Shown: positions 38,660-52,949, numbered from the whole stretch's first letter. The stretch: 63,886 nt of DNA, filler included, from Phoronis australis (GCA_002633005.1; 9 parts of 9 records of this genome joined end to end with filler, not necessarily neighbours in it), one strand, 5' to 3'. Program-made: numbers and translations. Notes: a model not told the origin generated them from the sequence alone.

Positions 38660-39069
38660 GGCACCGTGGTTCTAATCTTTGTATTCGAAACGAACTTGAA
38701 ATTATTTTTGGAAATTTCTTTGCTACTTTTGTGCAAACTCAAGATAAGTGGTTATTAGACTGTGCTCGAATTCATTATAGTTTACGCATGTGAGTTTCTC
38801 GTGCAAGTGTGCATTTGATGGTCCTTATATTCGTGCTACAAACTTGAGTAAAAACTCGAAATTTCGAGTTCAGACTCAAACTTTTAGCCTTAATGTTGGG
38901 TTTATCAACTACAAACTAGGACTAAAAAATCATCCACCTAAGTCATTATGTACTTTGATCATAGAATAATAGGCACATATCTTGAGTTCACACAAAAGTA
39001 GAGTAGAAAATGCCAATTTGAAACGTAATTTCGAGTTCCACTTCGAGTTAAAAGATTAGAACACGGGCC
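38660..39069. mobile_element. MITE with CAG target duplication (PIF/Harbinger-like)
   Basis: Imperfect TIR ggcaccgtggttctaatctt / aagattagaacacgggcc with CAG on both flanks. Confidence 0.7.
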
Positions 39070-39835
39070 CAGGTGTTATCCTCCAAGTATGTAATTAACT
39101 TCATGTTTAAAAAATTACACAATACTTGCTATGTGCCATAAGTTCATAGATTCTGTTATCACTTAGCAATAACTTTGATGTTGATTATGTACCAAAGCTC
39201 ATGGGAATGCTTGATTAATTTCTCTGTTTATGCTGACGTACCTCTAGTAGGGAATTTAACTCAGTACCAAAGGGCTCTAACACTAACGCACCAAGTCACG
39301 CTTGCCATTTTTAACCAAATAACATTTGGTTACTAGAAAGTGTGGATTTTAATGATGTCTGAAGTAACATTTGTTTTATGAAGTAAAAAATTGCCTTCTT
39401 TCCAATCAAGAAACACAAAGCCATCACTTTTCTGTGGTACACCCTTCAGTAAAACTTATCAGTAATGAAAATTTCTCAATTTGAAAATTTGTGATTTGAC
39501 AAACGTTGTTTGCCAATGTAGAGTTTTTATGAGATGTTTGATTTCTGATGGGATGATTCACAATGCTGATGAAATGTCTAGCGCATGTGAGTTTATTTTT
39601 TGGTTTGGCAGATCAGACGTCCAATCTACCTGGAATTCCAAGCCTAAGTTGTAATCGCATATGGGTTTCACATGCTAACGTGGCCTAAACTCATTAACAC
39701 ACTAATCTATTTTGTGACAGGTTAATATACTGCCAAGATTATGCCCACGTCACGATGTACCGCTACCTGAGGAGTGGTAGGTCACGGAATCCAAGTACGA
39801 GTTGATTACTTAATAGACTAGCACATCTGTATTTA

Positions 39836-39995
39836 CCGTAAACGTTCGGGTTAATGCCCATGCTCAGTTAACTGCCTATCCCCTACTTAAGGTGGATTTT
39901 CGATTTAACCGCCCACTGCTCGGTTAACTGCCCCTCTGCGATTTTTGAAGATTTCCAGTTAAGCGCCCACCTCTTGGTTAAGCGCCCATCTCCGA
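39836..39995 (+). mobile_element. One end of a TA|CCGTA-type (Tc2/pogo-like) DNA element with subterminal repeats
   Basis: TA|CCGTAAA followed by repeated ttaa(c/g)(c/t)gccc motifs. The partner TIR was not found. Confidence 0.5.
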
Positions 39996-41592
39996 CTTTT
40001 TAAGATTGAAGAGTTAGGTCCCAGTGTTAGGAAACGCGCGATTCTCGACTTTAAGATACAGATGATGATCACAAAGAGCGCAACGACGCTGGGCGGTTTG
40101 GCAATGTGAATTACAAAACAAGTAGCGAATTATTATTATTCAAAATATAATACTTGAACGTTTTGTCGTTTTATTTTCTTCCCATGTTTACAAAGTATAA
40201 GAACACCGCCGGCGTCAATACCTCCGCTTTCAGCGACGCTGGCTGCCGCGCTGAGTTTCCGTCTATAGAGCACTAGATAAAATATATATTTAATTAAGGT
40301 TGCTGGCTGTTCTTTACTACATCTTGCGTCAACCCCCGCCTGACTGTGGGAATACCGTATCGCTTCTATATTCCCTTTTTAGCCATCCAGAATAATTTTG
40401 TTTCTACATTGGCCAGTTTCAGCCTGAACAAAATTCTTACCATTTGAGCCTGAAATATCTACGACGCAGAGTGACTGAAAATTGGCGATAGTCGGTAGGA
40501 GGTGCCTGGGCATGGCATACTCGGGAACATCAAGCCAGAAAATGTCGAAGTAGACTTGACATCGCAGTTTTGGGGGACACTGGAACGGAGGAATATCGTA
40601 AAGATCTGGGTCTTTCCTAACAACAGCTTAAAAGTACAGTGTCACCCCGGTTTCTGTTACTTATGACTGTCGCTGTTCTCTTTTGATGTGTAACTTTGTA
40701 GTGGTGCCCGTGCGTAAGTTCCCACACTGAGTGCATGTTACCTTGACACCAACACGTGATTGACAGGTTACTCATACGTAGGCCCTACGTGTGTGCTGAA
40801 TCCCGCCGCTATCTTTGGCCATTAAAAACGAGACGCATGTTGAAAGAAGCCGTTATATTACTTGACGGCCTATTCCAAGTCAAGATTGCCTGCCGGAACA
40901 TTGCGCACAAACAGCGGCACCGACCGTGACGCAGTGCAATAGTGTAGGTGATATTATAATAGGATATAATCTGGACGTCTTGCATGTAAAATAAATGTGT
41001 TTTCCACCACAAAGTTGGTTAAGGGGTCGTTTAAGAATGAACTGAAACATCACTGCAAAGTGACGTTTTATCACATATTTATGCCGTGATTCGAACTTTT
41101 CTTCTTGATTTGACGACTGGCTCAAGTCCGCTTANNNNNNNNNNNNNNNNNNNNNNNNNNNNNNNNNNNNNNNNNNNNNNNNNNNNNNNNNNNNNNNNNN
41201 NNNNNNNNNNNNNNNNNNNNNNNNNNNNNNNNNNNNNNNNNNNNNNNNNNNNNNNNNNNNNNNNNNNNNNNNNNNNNNNNNNNNNNNNNNNNNNNNTTGT
41301 CTTATTTATTTGCCGAGCATGTTTCGCGCAACGGGAAGTTCTAGATATTGTCTCATATTGGAGACTTTTTACCCTAATGACACGTAACAACGGACAGGAC
41401 CGTTGATATTTAACTTGTATTTTTCAATATCAAAAGATTCTATTTTCTTTCAAAATTAGAACAAGATTAGATTCTCCTGAAAAATGGGCCGCCTAACAAA
41501 TTTTAAAAATATGTTCCAGTGTCAAATTTGGACATTTTTCAAGGGTTCTTCATGACAAAAACTGTATCAGATTCCACTACCCTGGGATAGTA

Positions 41593-41808
41593 CAGGGTGA
41601 TCCAAACAACCAACCCGCACAATTTTGTTTCTCATTCCATATTCTAATGAAAAGAACAAAAATTGATGCAAACTGACTCGTTTTGTTAAAGTATCTCGTG
41701 GTCAGATCAAACTTAATCAAGGTTTAAGCGTGGTCAACATTGCCACAAATAACTATAATTTTTGTCCGATTATTTGAAATTTTTATAGGTTTGTTTTTGG
41801 TCACCCTG
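41593..41808. mobile_element. Tc1/mariner-type MITE
   Basis: TA|CAGGGTGA...TCACCCTG|TA; 216 bp. Confidence 0.8.
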
Positions 41809-42571
41809 TATGACAAGAATTTTTTTCCAAAGGACTGCATTAACAATTTTGCCATGTCAGCACTTCACTTGGATGAATGATGAGGTCTGTTATTTAATCA
41901 CTTCATCTCACACTGTTATTTTGTTGTCTGTGACTTTCAATCAGTTTGTAGTCCATTCCTGTTGATTACTTGGTCTGGCTCATTCAGTGCGCATAATCCA
42001 GCTTCTAATTGAATGTCATTCTATTTGTCTCAATAAAATGAAGTATTAAAAGAAATTTACTGCGGTTTTGTTACTAGCACATCTTGAGTTAATGCTGTAC
42101 TTTGTGGAAACACTAGGCGGGCTATTAGTATATCCTCTGCCCAGGTAACCATACATTGTCAAAGCAACGGCATTGGCCACGTCATCGTTAAAACCATGTT
42201 ATCACTGGTGTACTTCATTAATACTTTATCAATTATTCAAACCCGTTTATTCTAATTTCTGATAACTGTTGGATTCAGTAAATTTCATAAAAGCCGATTT
42301 CTCCATTTTATCCTTTCGAATAGTTCATATTGCTCTGAGGAGGGTAAAAATTATTGGCAGACTCATACTCCTGTGTCAGTTGCTAAAGAATGGTTTCAGT
42401 TCTAATCTAGGCCATTCAAATGTCATGTGACCCACTGCTCCCACCCTTTGTGCCAAAGCTTGTTGGACACGAAGTTCGTCCATTCCACTAATATCAGCTT
42501 GGGCAATGGATTCCATAGGAAAATCATGTGGCATCTTTCGTTCATTTTAATCAAGATGTCTTCATGTGGAG

Positions 42572-42735
42572 AATTGACCTATTACAAGCTCCGCCCCCTT
42601 ACATAATGTCGACTAACAACAGCAACATGTTGTTTGTTGGGTAAAATGGCGGCTTGGAAACGAAGGTGTGTCAATAATGCTGCGTTCTGAATGGTCAGTT
42701 GTGTCACCACTCAAAATCCTGGCAATAGGTCAATT
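42572..42735 (+). mobile_element. Short MITE, copy 2
   Basis: TIR aattgacctatt / aataggtcaatt; homologous to 32705-32850. Confidence 0.75.
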
Positions 42736-43844
42736 TCTCACTTACACTGGTCACCCCTCAGATTCCCTTAACCCCAGGCAACTTTTATGATGCCTATTCA
42801 GCACGCTCTTTGTATTGATGTAGATCTGAGCTAAATGAAGTGGAAAGGTAATAGTAGCACTACTGTCTCAACAATGGTGGTTGTTACACCCAAATTGGTT
42901 TCCTCTGGCATTTGCACAGAGTTACAGCCTGTAGCTGTGGTGAGTAGTTTTAACTTGTAACATTTGAATATTTCAAAATGGCTAAAAAGCAATTTTGTGT
43001 TTATCTTGACCAAGGGCCACTTCCCAAAGGAACGGTGGTTTTAAATATGTTTCGTACTGGTTTTCGTAATTTCATTTTTAATACTCCTGTCTGCTTGTTT
43101 TTTGTTCTTACTGGGAACAGGTTGATATTTATTTATTTTATTTTTAAACTTGTAGTACCAAAACAGTGGTGCCTCGCAAGTGACGCGTAGCGCACAATAT
43201 TCGTCAATGGGTAATATCAGTATCTTCGCTAATATCCTCGTTCAATCTTTAAAATTCCATTCAAAAAGACGAGGGTCACATTTGGAAGGAATTACATTGC
43301 ATGAGCTTAACTTTATATACCCGGGATGTACATTATAATGTACTGAAAGTGTGGAATATTGCACAGAATGAGCGTTTCATCCCCTTGCTTTATGTCCCTA
43401 TACATTGTTTGCAAAGTAGGTGACAATTAAAGAAATTCTTTATTTTACTCCAGGTTGGAGCTTGTTAACAGGCGTTCACACATTCCCACTTTTTATTAAA
43501 AATTCCTTATATTTGCTATTTCTTCTTTTTGTCTATTTCTCTCAAACATCATGTAGTGTTATCTTTCTGGAGTCTGTGAGACATCTAGGTCATTATAGAC
43601 TGGGGATTGGACACAGATAGCTATCTTCACAACCCTCAGGGTTGAATGTTTGTCCTTCACTCTAGGTGAAGATTCATTGAAGGCCACATTAAAATTTCAT
43701 TTCTTTTCCCTGTGGAGACTCTCATTAAGGAGGGGTTGGTTTTGGGTGTTGCCAACTGAAATGAGTGTTTTGCTCTGCCAAGTGTTGCTTTGGCAATTTG
43801 ACTTTGAGGTAAATAGCAGCCCCTTAGCTTTGGCAATTTGACTT

Positions 43845-43944
43845 NNNNNNNNNNNNNNNNNNNNNNNNNNNNNNNNNNNNNNNNNNNNTTAATTAATTAA
43901 NNNNNNNNNNNNNNNNNNNNNNNNNNNNNNNNNNNNNNNNNNNN
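43845..43944. other. Artificial contig-joining spacer
   Basis: N44-TTAATTAATTAA-N44. Confidence 0.95.
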
Positions 43945-44145
43945 CCAACCTTATTTTAGCTCAAAATGACATGAAAAAAGGTTGCCTTCGCCTTTAAGTG
44001 ATACCAGCGTGCTGGCGCGGCTACCGCCCCACCTAGCGGCACGCAGGGAACCAGCGAGTGTTCTTCCGTAGCTTTTCTTGGAAAACCGCGACATCTGGTT
44101 CGTTGGCTCGTGTTCTTTGTTTGGCGACTATTTTCAGTTTTAACT

Positions 44146-44197
44146 ATGGTTTTGTTTAGAGTACTCTTTGCTTTGACTTTTGTTGTATCGTGTTTTG
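44146..44197 (+). CDS. Candidate first coding exon encoding a signal peptide (unknown secreted/membrane protein)
   Basis: actATGG context; MVLFRVLFALTFVVSCF followed by G|gtaagt (phase 1). CpG-rich promoter-like sequence upstream (about 44005-44130). No downstream exon identified. Confidence 0.55.
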
Positions 44198-45543
44198 GTA
44201 AGTGCTGTTACTAATACCTTTACTGTTTTATTTTCAAGATATAAAACCTTGTGTTGTAATCGTCAACATCATTCGTCCTTTATCTTTCTCTGGATAGTCG
44301 GATAAATTGGTCCCATTTCAAGTTCTGTCAGGAATACTTAAAAAATAAAATGAAGTGTCGTAATATACAATTTCCCACTCTCATGGATCACGCGCGCCAC
44401 TCCACTCTCACCTTTTCGTGAAATCTACAACATTTGAGAAGATACGCGGCAAATTGTGTTCGCCTCCCGAGCGTTTTTCCGCGAAAAGGCCACGCTTCTT
44501 TTCCCTACTACACCCGGAAGAGCTGGGTTCTGTGCGCGCGCAGGGAGGTCAAGTAGGTGACCTCTGCTCGTGTCAGTCAGAGTAGGTGACCTCTAACCAC
44601 GTAATCTTTGTTTACTTCCGCAAGTTGAGCTGTTCGTTTCATATTATTAGATCGTTTTGCAACCTAACTCAGGTGCGTTATCTGATGTATTTTCTGAAAA
44701 TGTCAACATCACACAATATTTTATTATGTACATTAGACCTAATATTTGATTACACTTTCATTCTTTTTATTTATACCGATATAAATAGGCCTACATACGT
44801 ATACTATAGGGATAGTCTGGCCCCTCATGTTGTTTTCCATGGACATACAGACTTAGAAAAATGAAAGACAACACTTAAACGATCAATGATGAATATGAAA
44901 CTGACATGGGAAGACTGAAGAAACAAAATGAATAATAAACAAACTATAAATAGATGATACTAAAATTATGAGACAATTAACGTCTTCATAAATGATTAAA
45001 AGTAGTTAATAAAAGTACATGAAATCATGTATATCATCATGTATATAGATAAAAAATAGGTTGGTCTGAGGATATTTAAGGCACATTTGGTACACAGAAC
45101 ACTTCTGATTAAATTGACATCTGATAATTATGGTTTTAAAACTTACTAAGGCCGATGCTGATTTGGAATCGGACTAGGGGAAAGTACTCCGCCAGAAATA
45201 AGCCCAGCCCGCTGTATTAAATGATTTTTTACCAGTTTCATTTCGGGTTTTTGAGCAAATTGAAATTGGATGGCTGTGAGACCCTATGTCATCGTGTATT
45301 ATCATTACTCCCATCTCCATATTGAGGTTTTCAATATTAATATATCTCACACCAACTCCCAGAATAATGCGTGCAGCCATATTTTGAATAGCCTGACAGT
45401 TTTCATATCCATTAAGATGCAGCGCCCCACACCGGGAGGCAGTAATCCAGGTGAGCTTGAATTACGATTGTGTTGAAAAGGGTTTTCGCAGTGTCAAAAT
45501 AATACACCCACATAACTTGAACATTGAGGATTGTGCATGTCCG

Positions 45544-45745
45544 CAGAGGCAGATCTATACAGGGGTGGTTCAACCCCCCCGCCCCCTCGACACACGGTCA
45601 AAAGTAAAAATTGAAAAAAATGTCGCAAGAAAAACAAAATCAGCTACTAAAAACTACAAAGATCTTACACGGGAGTGGGTTTGCTACGCGCCTCGGATTC
45701 GATCGAATCCTATACCCCCTTACTGAAAACGTAGATTTGCCACTG
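45544..45745. mobile_element. MITE with hAT-like CAGWGGC termini
   Basis: cagaggcagatcta ... tagatttgccactg. No clear TSD. Confidence 0.55.
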
Positions 45746-47861
45746 GTGCAATTGACTTCTGGTTATCGTTTTTACCATGTCATCAACTGAATTCAATAGT
45801 TTTTCTGAGAACGTCTCGAGCAAATTAGGTCAAAGAAAGAGCGTTACACGGTCTTTGCCATTACCGATGATACCGAGAGGAAGAACATTAAGTAGGCAAA
45901 ATGCAACATTTTGGTAAGTCAACGAGTGAGTAGTTGCTATTCTGGCTATTTAGGCTTGCCCCCATATAGCGACAGGACTGGTAAAAGCTACAGTTACAGC
46001 TTCATCCACTTCTTGGCGAGAAAAAAACTCATGAGAATGTTAATTTTTGAATAAGCGCGGGTTTCACTTTGTAAGATTCTCTCATGCATATACATACACA
46101 TCACGTGATTATAGGGTTTGTGTTGCATATGCTAGTACCGGTTCCCATACTCTTACCAATTAGTGCATTTGGTCAATCGAGCTGGGTTGCTTTGCATTGT
46201 GTTGGTCTTACCATCTACACCACAGCTTGCCTTGCACAAGTTCTTTGATAGATGTAACTTAAACACTCTTAACGTTCCAGTTTCAATCATTCATTGAGAA
46301 CTGCATATTTATTAATTCATAACACATGTATGAATATATATGTGTGAGTATGAAGTGCTACGATCACCAGTATTGGAAATGTCAGTATGACACACATTCA
46401 ATCATCAACCCTAGCATGCATGCATCTGTACATAGAAATATGCGTGCAAGAGCTCGTGAACTCCAGGATCTAGGATATGTCGTAAGAAGGGACTAACCAC
46501 AACTTCCGAAGGAAACTTTCACTTCAAATGAAGTGCCAAAAGTTTTTCTATTGTTCCCTCAGGGGGTGCCCCCATACCTGCCTGTGAAAGCTCAGATAGG
46601 ATACTCCTATGTAATCCATTTATTTGCCAAGCAGTCTACACACAGTGATACCAACGGAAGGACCACATAAAACGCCCCCTCCTCCTTTCCCCAGGCTTGG
46701 GACTGGCAAGATGCAGCACATAACAGTATGATGCAACTTGGCGGAGTTAGGCATTGTGGTTTCAACTGGACAAGCTAAACAGAACTGGCACAGTGGATTT
46801 TTGGAAATAATTCTCAGAAAAATAACACTTGAAACTGCATTTCCTAAATTATACATTGTCAAACAAGAGCAACACAGGAGATTGAAATGTGCTCATGAAT
46901 GCATCGCTAATGGTGTGCTACTGGGGTGTATATTTGTATCATAAAAATGGCCACTAGACGGCACAAAATACATCTTCTTATGAGAAAGTTTATTTTTTTT
47001 AATTTTTGTGATACATGTGTCCATACACTATAGACAACAAATTCGCAACTCCACTCTAGGCATAGCACACTCAGCTTACCGTTAGTGTATTCTGACGGGA
47101 AATTTTTGCATCTATTTTACTGTCCACTAAAACAAAAAAAAATATTTTGGCATTGAAACCCTGTGCAAAGTCTTCCAGTAGTAGAACTATTGGTATCGTG
47201 CTACTACCACCTGACCACACAACGACCATTATTAGTAGACAATGTACTTGCCAGAAGTAAAACATGCTATGTCTGCCAGGTGTAGAACAACCAATCAGTT
47301 TTTATTAAACAAAAAATTAACAAATTTTAAAAATGGTCATGAAGATATGACTTCCCAAACTACAGCTCATTTTGGCACATCTTTTCTGATATTTTGAAGG
47401 GGGTAGGTCAATTTGGGGCACTCCTGGGCCCTTACTAAGGCCAAAAAAGTATGATACTTACATTTCTAGAGAGGACAAACAAGGGGCTATCAGATGCACA
47501 AAAAAATTTTGAAATCGAAAACAAAATAATTTTGGACCCAAAAAAGGACCCTTGGGTGGGTCACTTTGGTGGGCCACTATTACCTAATTAGCGGGCCGAT
47601 CACGCTGAAACTTGGGGGCTGACCATTTGGAAGATTGGCCTTTCAAATAAGAAAAGAAACTTTAAAATCGAAGACAAAAAGTTTTTTGACTGAAAAAAAA
47701 GCTAAGCCTATAGTCCAGGGTTTTTAGGAGGCCGAAAAAATTTTTGTCTCCAAATTCAAAAATTCTTTTCCGGATCGAGGTAGAATGCTGAAAAACTAAA
47801 GCCCACCAAGTTTGAGTTGGATTGGATTATTAATAAGGTCACACGGCAAGATCAAAGTTGG

Positions 47862-48268
47862 AAAACATTATTTTTAGGCCTTTTCATGCCTAAAAAATTT
47901 TTGACCCCGATTTCAAAACTTCTTTCATTGTTGCATAGCCCTTTACTTACTGAATCCAAAAACTTAAGTTGCCACTTCTGGTAAGCCCTAATAAGGTCAC
48001 AGCGGAGGATCAAAGTTGGTCTCTACAAGTAATTTTAACAAAGGGAATACTATCATTTATCATAAGCATTCGAAAAACATTATTTTTAGGCCTTTTCACG
48101 CCTAAAAAATTTTTGACCCCGATTTCAAAACTTCTTTCATTGTTGGATAGCCCAAAAACGTAAGTCGCCACTTCTGGTAAGCCCTAATAAGGTCACAGCG
48201 GAGGATTAAAGTTGGTCTCTACAAGTAATTTTAACAAAGGGAATACCATCATTTATCATAAGCATTCG
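47862..48268. repeat. Direct tandem duplication (~211/195 bp) at the end of a subrepeat-containing element (about 47310-48270)
   Basis: aaaacattatttttaggcc...tcatttatcataagcattcg occurs twice, head to tail. Confidence 0.85.
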
Positions 48269-49666
48269 GTTCAAGCCCGTGTTGCAGATTCTTTAACTTC
48301 AGGTCTACCAGGGTTTACCTTAAATGTTTCCTTATCTTTATCCTCCGGATTCCTCTTAACATTTCCGTAACTTAAGTTTACACTTAAGGTTAGTTTCAAG
48401 ATTTTCCTAATCGTTAACTTAATAGATGTTTTGTATGCACTTGAAAAAATACTATGTTACCCCTACTTGCATTTTTTTTGCAAATTTCAAAACTTTAACT
48501 TAGTGCAAATAACAATACGCACTGCTCATCTGAAACTGCAGGAAAGTCATCTTTAGTCCAAACAAAATATCTGTTGTCCAACGTTGCAGCCAGAGTAGAG
48601 TTTAAGTGTTCATGAAGGACCCGGTTACCATCCCTTGATGGATGAAGTTAGTCGTCTCTGAAACCAAATAAAAATATCCGGAAAAGTATAGAGATTATGT
48701 CATGTTGAAATGGCAACAGACAAGGAATAGTGTGCTGTAAATTTAAAATGGGGATGGTTTGACACACAAAGATGTCCAAAAATCAACTGGTGCTGATGCA
48801 TCACTACTGTATACCAATGTTTCAAGGAAGCGATAGATAATATGCAGACAGGGTGCTGACCAAAACCTCTCAACACAGAAGGTGTGAGTGCATATGAAGG
48901 TTACATTTATTTGCACCTTGCACCAGTTTGAGTTCTTTGATGACTGTCTTGACTGAAGAGCTTAAAGCATTTATAAGACATCTGAAACTACACAGGACTT
49001 ACATGGAATGTCCCATGACTGAAAAAACATACCTTGGTGCGAGTCTGCGCAGTCGCTGCCTGTCAAAACGTGGTGTAGTCAACGTAGAAAATGTTGTAGT
49101 CCATTAGTGCCGTCCTCCTCACCAGAAGCTCCAGAAACTCTTTATTGTATTTGTCCGCTGCTGCTGCATGCCTTTTAAAATGTAAATAAATATCACAGAA
49201 TGTTTATGGGATAAGGATACAAGATCTAGCAGAATAACACCATCAATTCATAAACTCACAAATTCATTCAATACCTTTAAAATAGACAAAATCCATACGG
49301 TGGTGACAGTTTTTAAAATTAGCATAATGCCCCTTATTAAGTAGTGTGCATTGCTGAATATTTTCTTTGAAGGAAACACAGACAATAAAGAAGTTAAACA
49401 TCACAAACGTGGTGAAGTACAAGTGCTTAAGCATGCTGCAAAAGAAGCATAAAATCAAAATCATTGTAGTGGCTTCAGCGAGAAATATGAGAACTGAACG
49501 TAGCATTGGGCTACTGCACGTTATAAGTACAACAGGCACCCACACCCGATGAAGAAGTTAATCAAAAGCAAGAGGTTTAGGCAAAGCCACGCACACAGCG
49601 AGGAAAAGTATAGAGCTACCAGGTCACAAACAAAATTACCTGACTGTCAGCTGTAAAATGAATAAC

Positions 49667-49766
49667 NNNNNNNNNNNNNNNNNNNNNNNNNNNNNNNNNN
49701 NNNNNNNNNNTTAATTAATTAANNNNNNNNNNNNNNNNNNNNNNNNNNNNNNNNNNNNNNNNNNNN
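49667..49766. other. Artificial contig-joining spacer
   Basis: N44-TTAATTAATTAA-N44. Confidence 0.95.
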
Positions 49767-51454
49767 TAAAACGAAAAGTGTAGTCAAACAGCCAGCAAAT
49801 ATAGCCTCTGCAACCGTCCACATTAACTGCATTTTCGCTCCATTTCAGGGAGCATGTGAACTGAGTAGCTAAAGCTGTCTTGTCTGGTCTGTTAGAATCT
49901 GTCAGGTGGTGCATTTCTTCACAGAGCAGACCTTTCAAAACACCTACTCTTGCTAGTGTGAATTATTGCCATCTGTTTGTTTGAAATGTTGGTGTTGTAC
50001 TCAATATTGTGCCTATTGTTAATACCCAGGGAATGCAAGCATTGTTGGGGCACTGTTGATTGTGGCTGGACCATCTGGAAATTTTGCCTCCAGTATTTGC
50101 TTAGTCATGTGATCCCTATAGAGTTTCACTGGTCTGAATAGCCAGTATTGATTTTCAAGTTTATATCCACAATTTGTTTATTTAGTCACAATATTATCTA
50201 AGGTCTTGGATTTCTATTATATTTCGTACATTTTTATCAGAAATAATTGTCAACTATTGTTTATTCGAACTTGAAGGCAAGTCCTTTTTTCCTTTGCAAA
50301 CTTTGGTATTGTAGCTTGCTGGGAGCTGTAACTGTATCGGTAATAGAGAACACTCAAATGAATTCCTTAAGGTCCACCATTTGTACCAGGTTGCACAAGG
50401 TCCTGTGAAGTGTTTTGTGTGTTTCCTTGTTGCACAGCATGAGGCTCTGTGTGTTATTCAGCTACAGCATTCATAAATATTAAACACTTGCATACAATAT
50501 TTGTAGCCAATGAACACAAATCCTTGAAATGTTGTAAATCCTCTAGATTATTATGCATTATGCTGGTTCAGTTGCTTATGTGTTCAATACAAGAGGAAGT
50601 ATTTTTTAAACATAATTAATCATAAAAATTTCCATTTTCCATATTTCCATTTTTCCACGGTTCCAAATGTTCAGGATCTTACCAAGTATGTTGTTTGGTG
50701 ACATTTATGCCATAGAAACTGAAATTCTCTTAACGGTTGTATTATTTTATTGAGGTATATAACTGAACAAAATTCTACTTGTCCTCCGTAGTAAATGAAG
50801 AATTTTGTGCAACCATGCGTGTTATCGGTAGCTAGGAAAATTTTATGAAGCATGAAGATTGATTTGCTCTTTGAAGTCAGATCTGAACGCTTCCACGGAA
50901 GTACCAAAAAAAGCACAACATGTATTTATGTTTGGCAGGTGTACTGAAATAACACTCTTCAAACCCTCTTCAGTATATAGCACGCTTGTCTTCAGATCTG
51001 GTGGTATTTTGTTATTGGCTTATCAGACCAAATTGGCAAGTTGGCAATTTGTTGCCATTGCTGTGGTTAACTCTTTTAATTTTATTTGAATTTTTGTCAA
51101 ATTCGGCTCATAATTTTATGTCATCTTTGGCTTGGGCTAGTATGAAACTCAGCAAGTTTTAACCAAAGTACTGGGCACAAGTTTCTCAAACTTAAAATTC
51201 AAACTTATGGTGCAGTCTCATTTCAAGAGTCTCTCCAGTGGTATGTTGAAAATATTCCAGGCCCAGTTGAATGCTGGCTTTACAGAAATAAACAATGAAC
51301 CTCTGCAGAATTCACCCACTGTTTCAAGATTGAACTGAAGACTGACCCTTGGTTTTGTCTACTCTCTCCACTGCGCAACACTAAGTCTCCTTTGGTTCAG
51401 TTTAAACCATTTGTCGACCCTTTAGGCAACTATGCATCATCTTCATTTATTGCA

Positions 51455-51791
51455 GAGAATGGAGAGTCCGTGTGTCATGGTGGCATTCTGTCACAGAACT
51501 TACTCACCTGAAATTCTGTGACATTTTTAGCATTGTGTGACAAAATGTGAACCAAGTAGTTTGCCGTAGACTTATAGACTTTATTTCATGCTGTGTCAAA
51601 TGATGATTCCTTTTTTCATAAGTTGTAAAATTGTGGAATTCATCATTATCACTAATAAAATTGTGTCTCGCATATGTGACAAAAGCAAAGCTAATGTGAC
51701 TTATACATGCATAAAGCACCAAAAAGCTTTAACAATTGAGATTGAGTTCTTGAAAATTTTGAGGTGTGACAAATTGTGACTTTCCATTCTC
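51455..51791. mobile_element. Probable MITE with TGTGACA subrepeats
   Basis: TIR agagaatggagagtc / gactttccattctct, with multiple tgtgac/gtcaca motifs inside. Confidence 0.55.
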
Positions 51792-52075
51792 TACTATTCA
51801 GATCAATGCTAACTGGACCTATTGTAAGTCAGCAACAGCTGGTATTACATAGTAAGTGATGTCAGTGCAGAAATATAAGGCTTAAGGCATCTGTTTAGTG
51901 GAATCTTTACATATAAGCTTGGTAATTTTTAAGCACATGACAGCAGGGACTGTTTAAATCTGCAGCTCTCCATGAGAGTAACTTATACTAGAAGTGTAAA
52001 GGTGTTCCAATTTGTCTCATTGTGTGGTTTGATTATCAGGCCTAGTGAGAAAGACAACCTTTCAGGCACAAACTG

Positions 52076-52606
52076 AAGCGTGTTCAATAGAGTGAGCGCC
52101 CACGAGCGATTTGAGCGCCCTCGTCCTGAACAGCTGTGTTCACGTTAGCGCTCGCGAACAACCTCGAGAACATATTTGCTTAGATTTCCAAGATGGCGTC
52201 CTGCAAAGGCTTCACGTCTGCAACATATGAACCCATTATGGTTCTGCAACACAAAAACTAACCTCTAAAGTTGACCGACTCATCCGAAACTGCGACTTAA
52301 ATTGCGGGTCGCTGCAGCGAGGAACAGTTTCCTCAATGTAATTTTCGATTCTTGTCGTTCCAAAGCCTTCACGGTTCTTGTCTTGGGCTGCTGATATTAA
52401 TAGTTATTGGCAAAGGTTAATCATATTTATCGCTCAGTACGCCATAGGAAGGACTGTTAGTGTTAAGCTCATCGGCTAAGATGTTCAACACAATCTGCTT
52501 CAGAGTCGCCGTACTGGATCGCACAGTGAGTGCTCAAGCTGTTGAGGAGCTTTTCCTTGTGTTCGTGAGTACACGCTAGCGGGCGCTCACTCTGTTGAAC
52601 ACGCTT
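52076..52606. mobile_element. MITE with CTG target duplication (PIF/Harbinger-like)
   Basis: 26-bp TIR AAGCGTGTTCAAYAGAGTGAGCGCCC (one mismatch) with CTG on both flanks. Confidence 0.85.
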
Positions 52607-52831
52607 CTGGTGTGTGTATTCAGTAGTAATTTCAGGAGTGTGCCTCATGTAATTGGGGCAAAAATAATTTCATTGACACTTTGTGATTGCTTAGCTCAAG
52701 GCAGTGGGCTCATTAAAATTGAAGGCAGAAATTGACAAAAAGTAACGTGGCCATAGGTCCTCCAAATTGGCCCATAGGTTTGAGGCTACTTTTTTAAAAT
52801 GATCCCTGTGCATTATCACATTTTCTTTCAG

Positions 52832-52949
52832 GAAAAACCGTAATTTATATGCACAATTGATGGTGAAGATGTTGAAGAAAGGTAATCTTGAAGGACCATT
52901 CACTCACAGACCTGACGAGGGGCCATTACCCACAATGCCGTCCTACATG
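52832..52949 (+). CDS. CEP112: Exon of centrosomal protein CEP112 (N-terminal DUF4485 region)
   Basis: ttttctttcag|G AAA AAC ... TAC ATG|gtaaga. Translates KNRNLYAQLMVKMLKKGNLEGPFTHRPDEGPLPTMPSYM, against remembered vertebrate RKNRNLYAKLLLHMLKRGALEGPFTHRPEPGTLKILPSYM. Confidence 0.9.
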
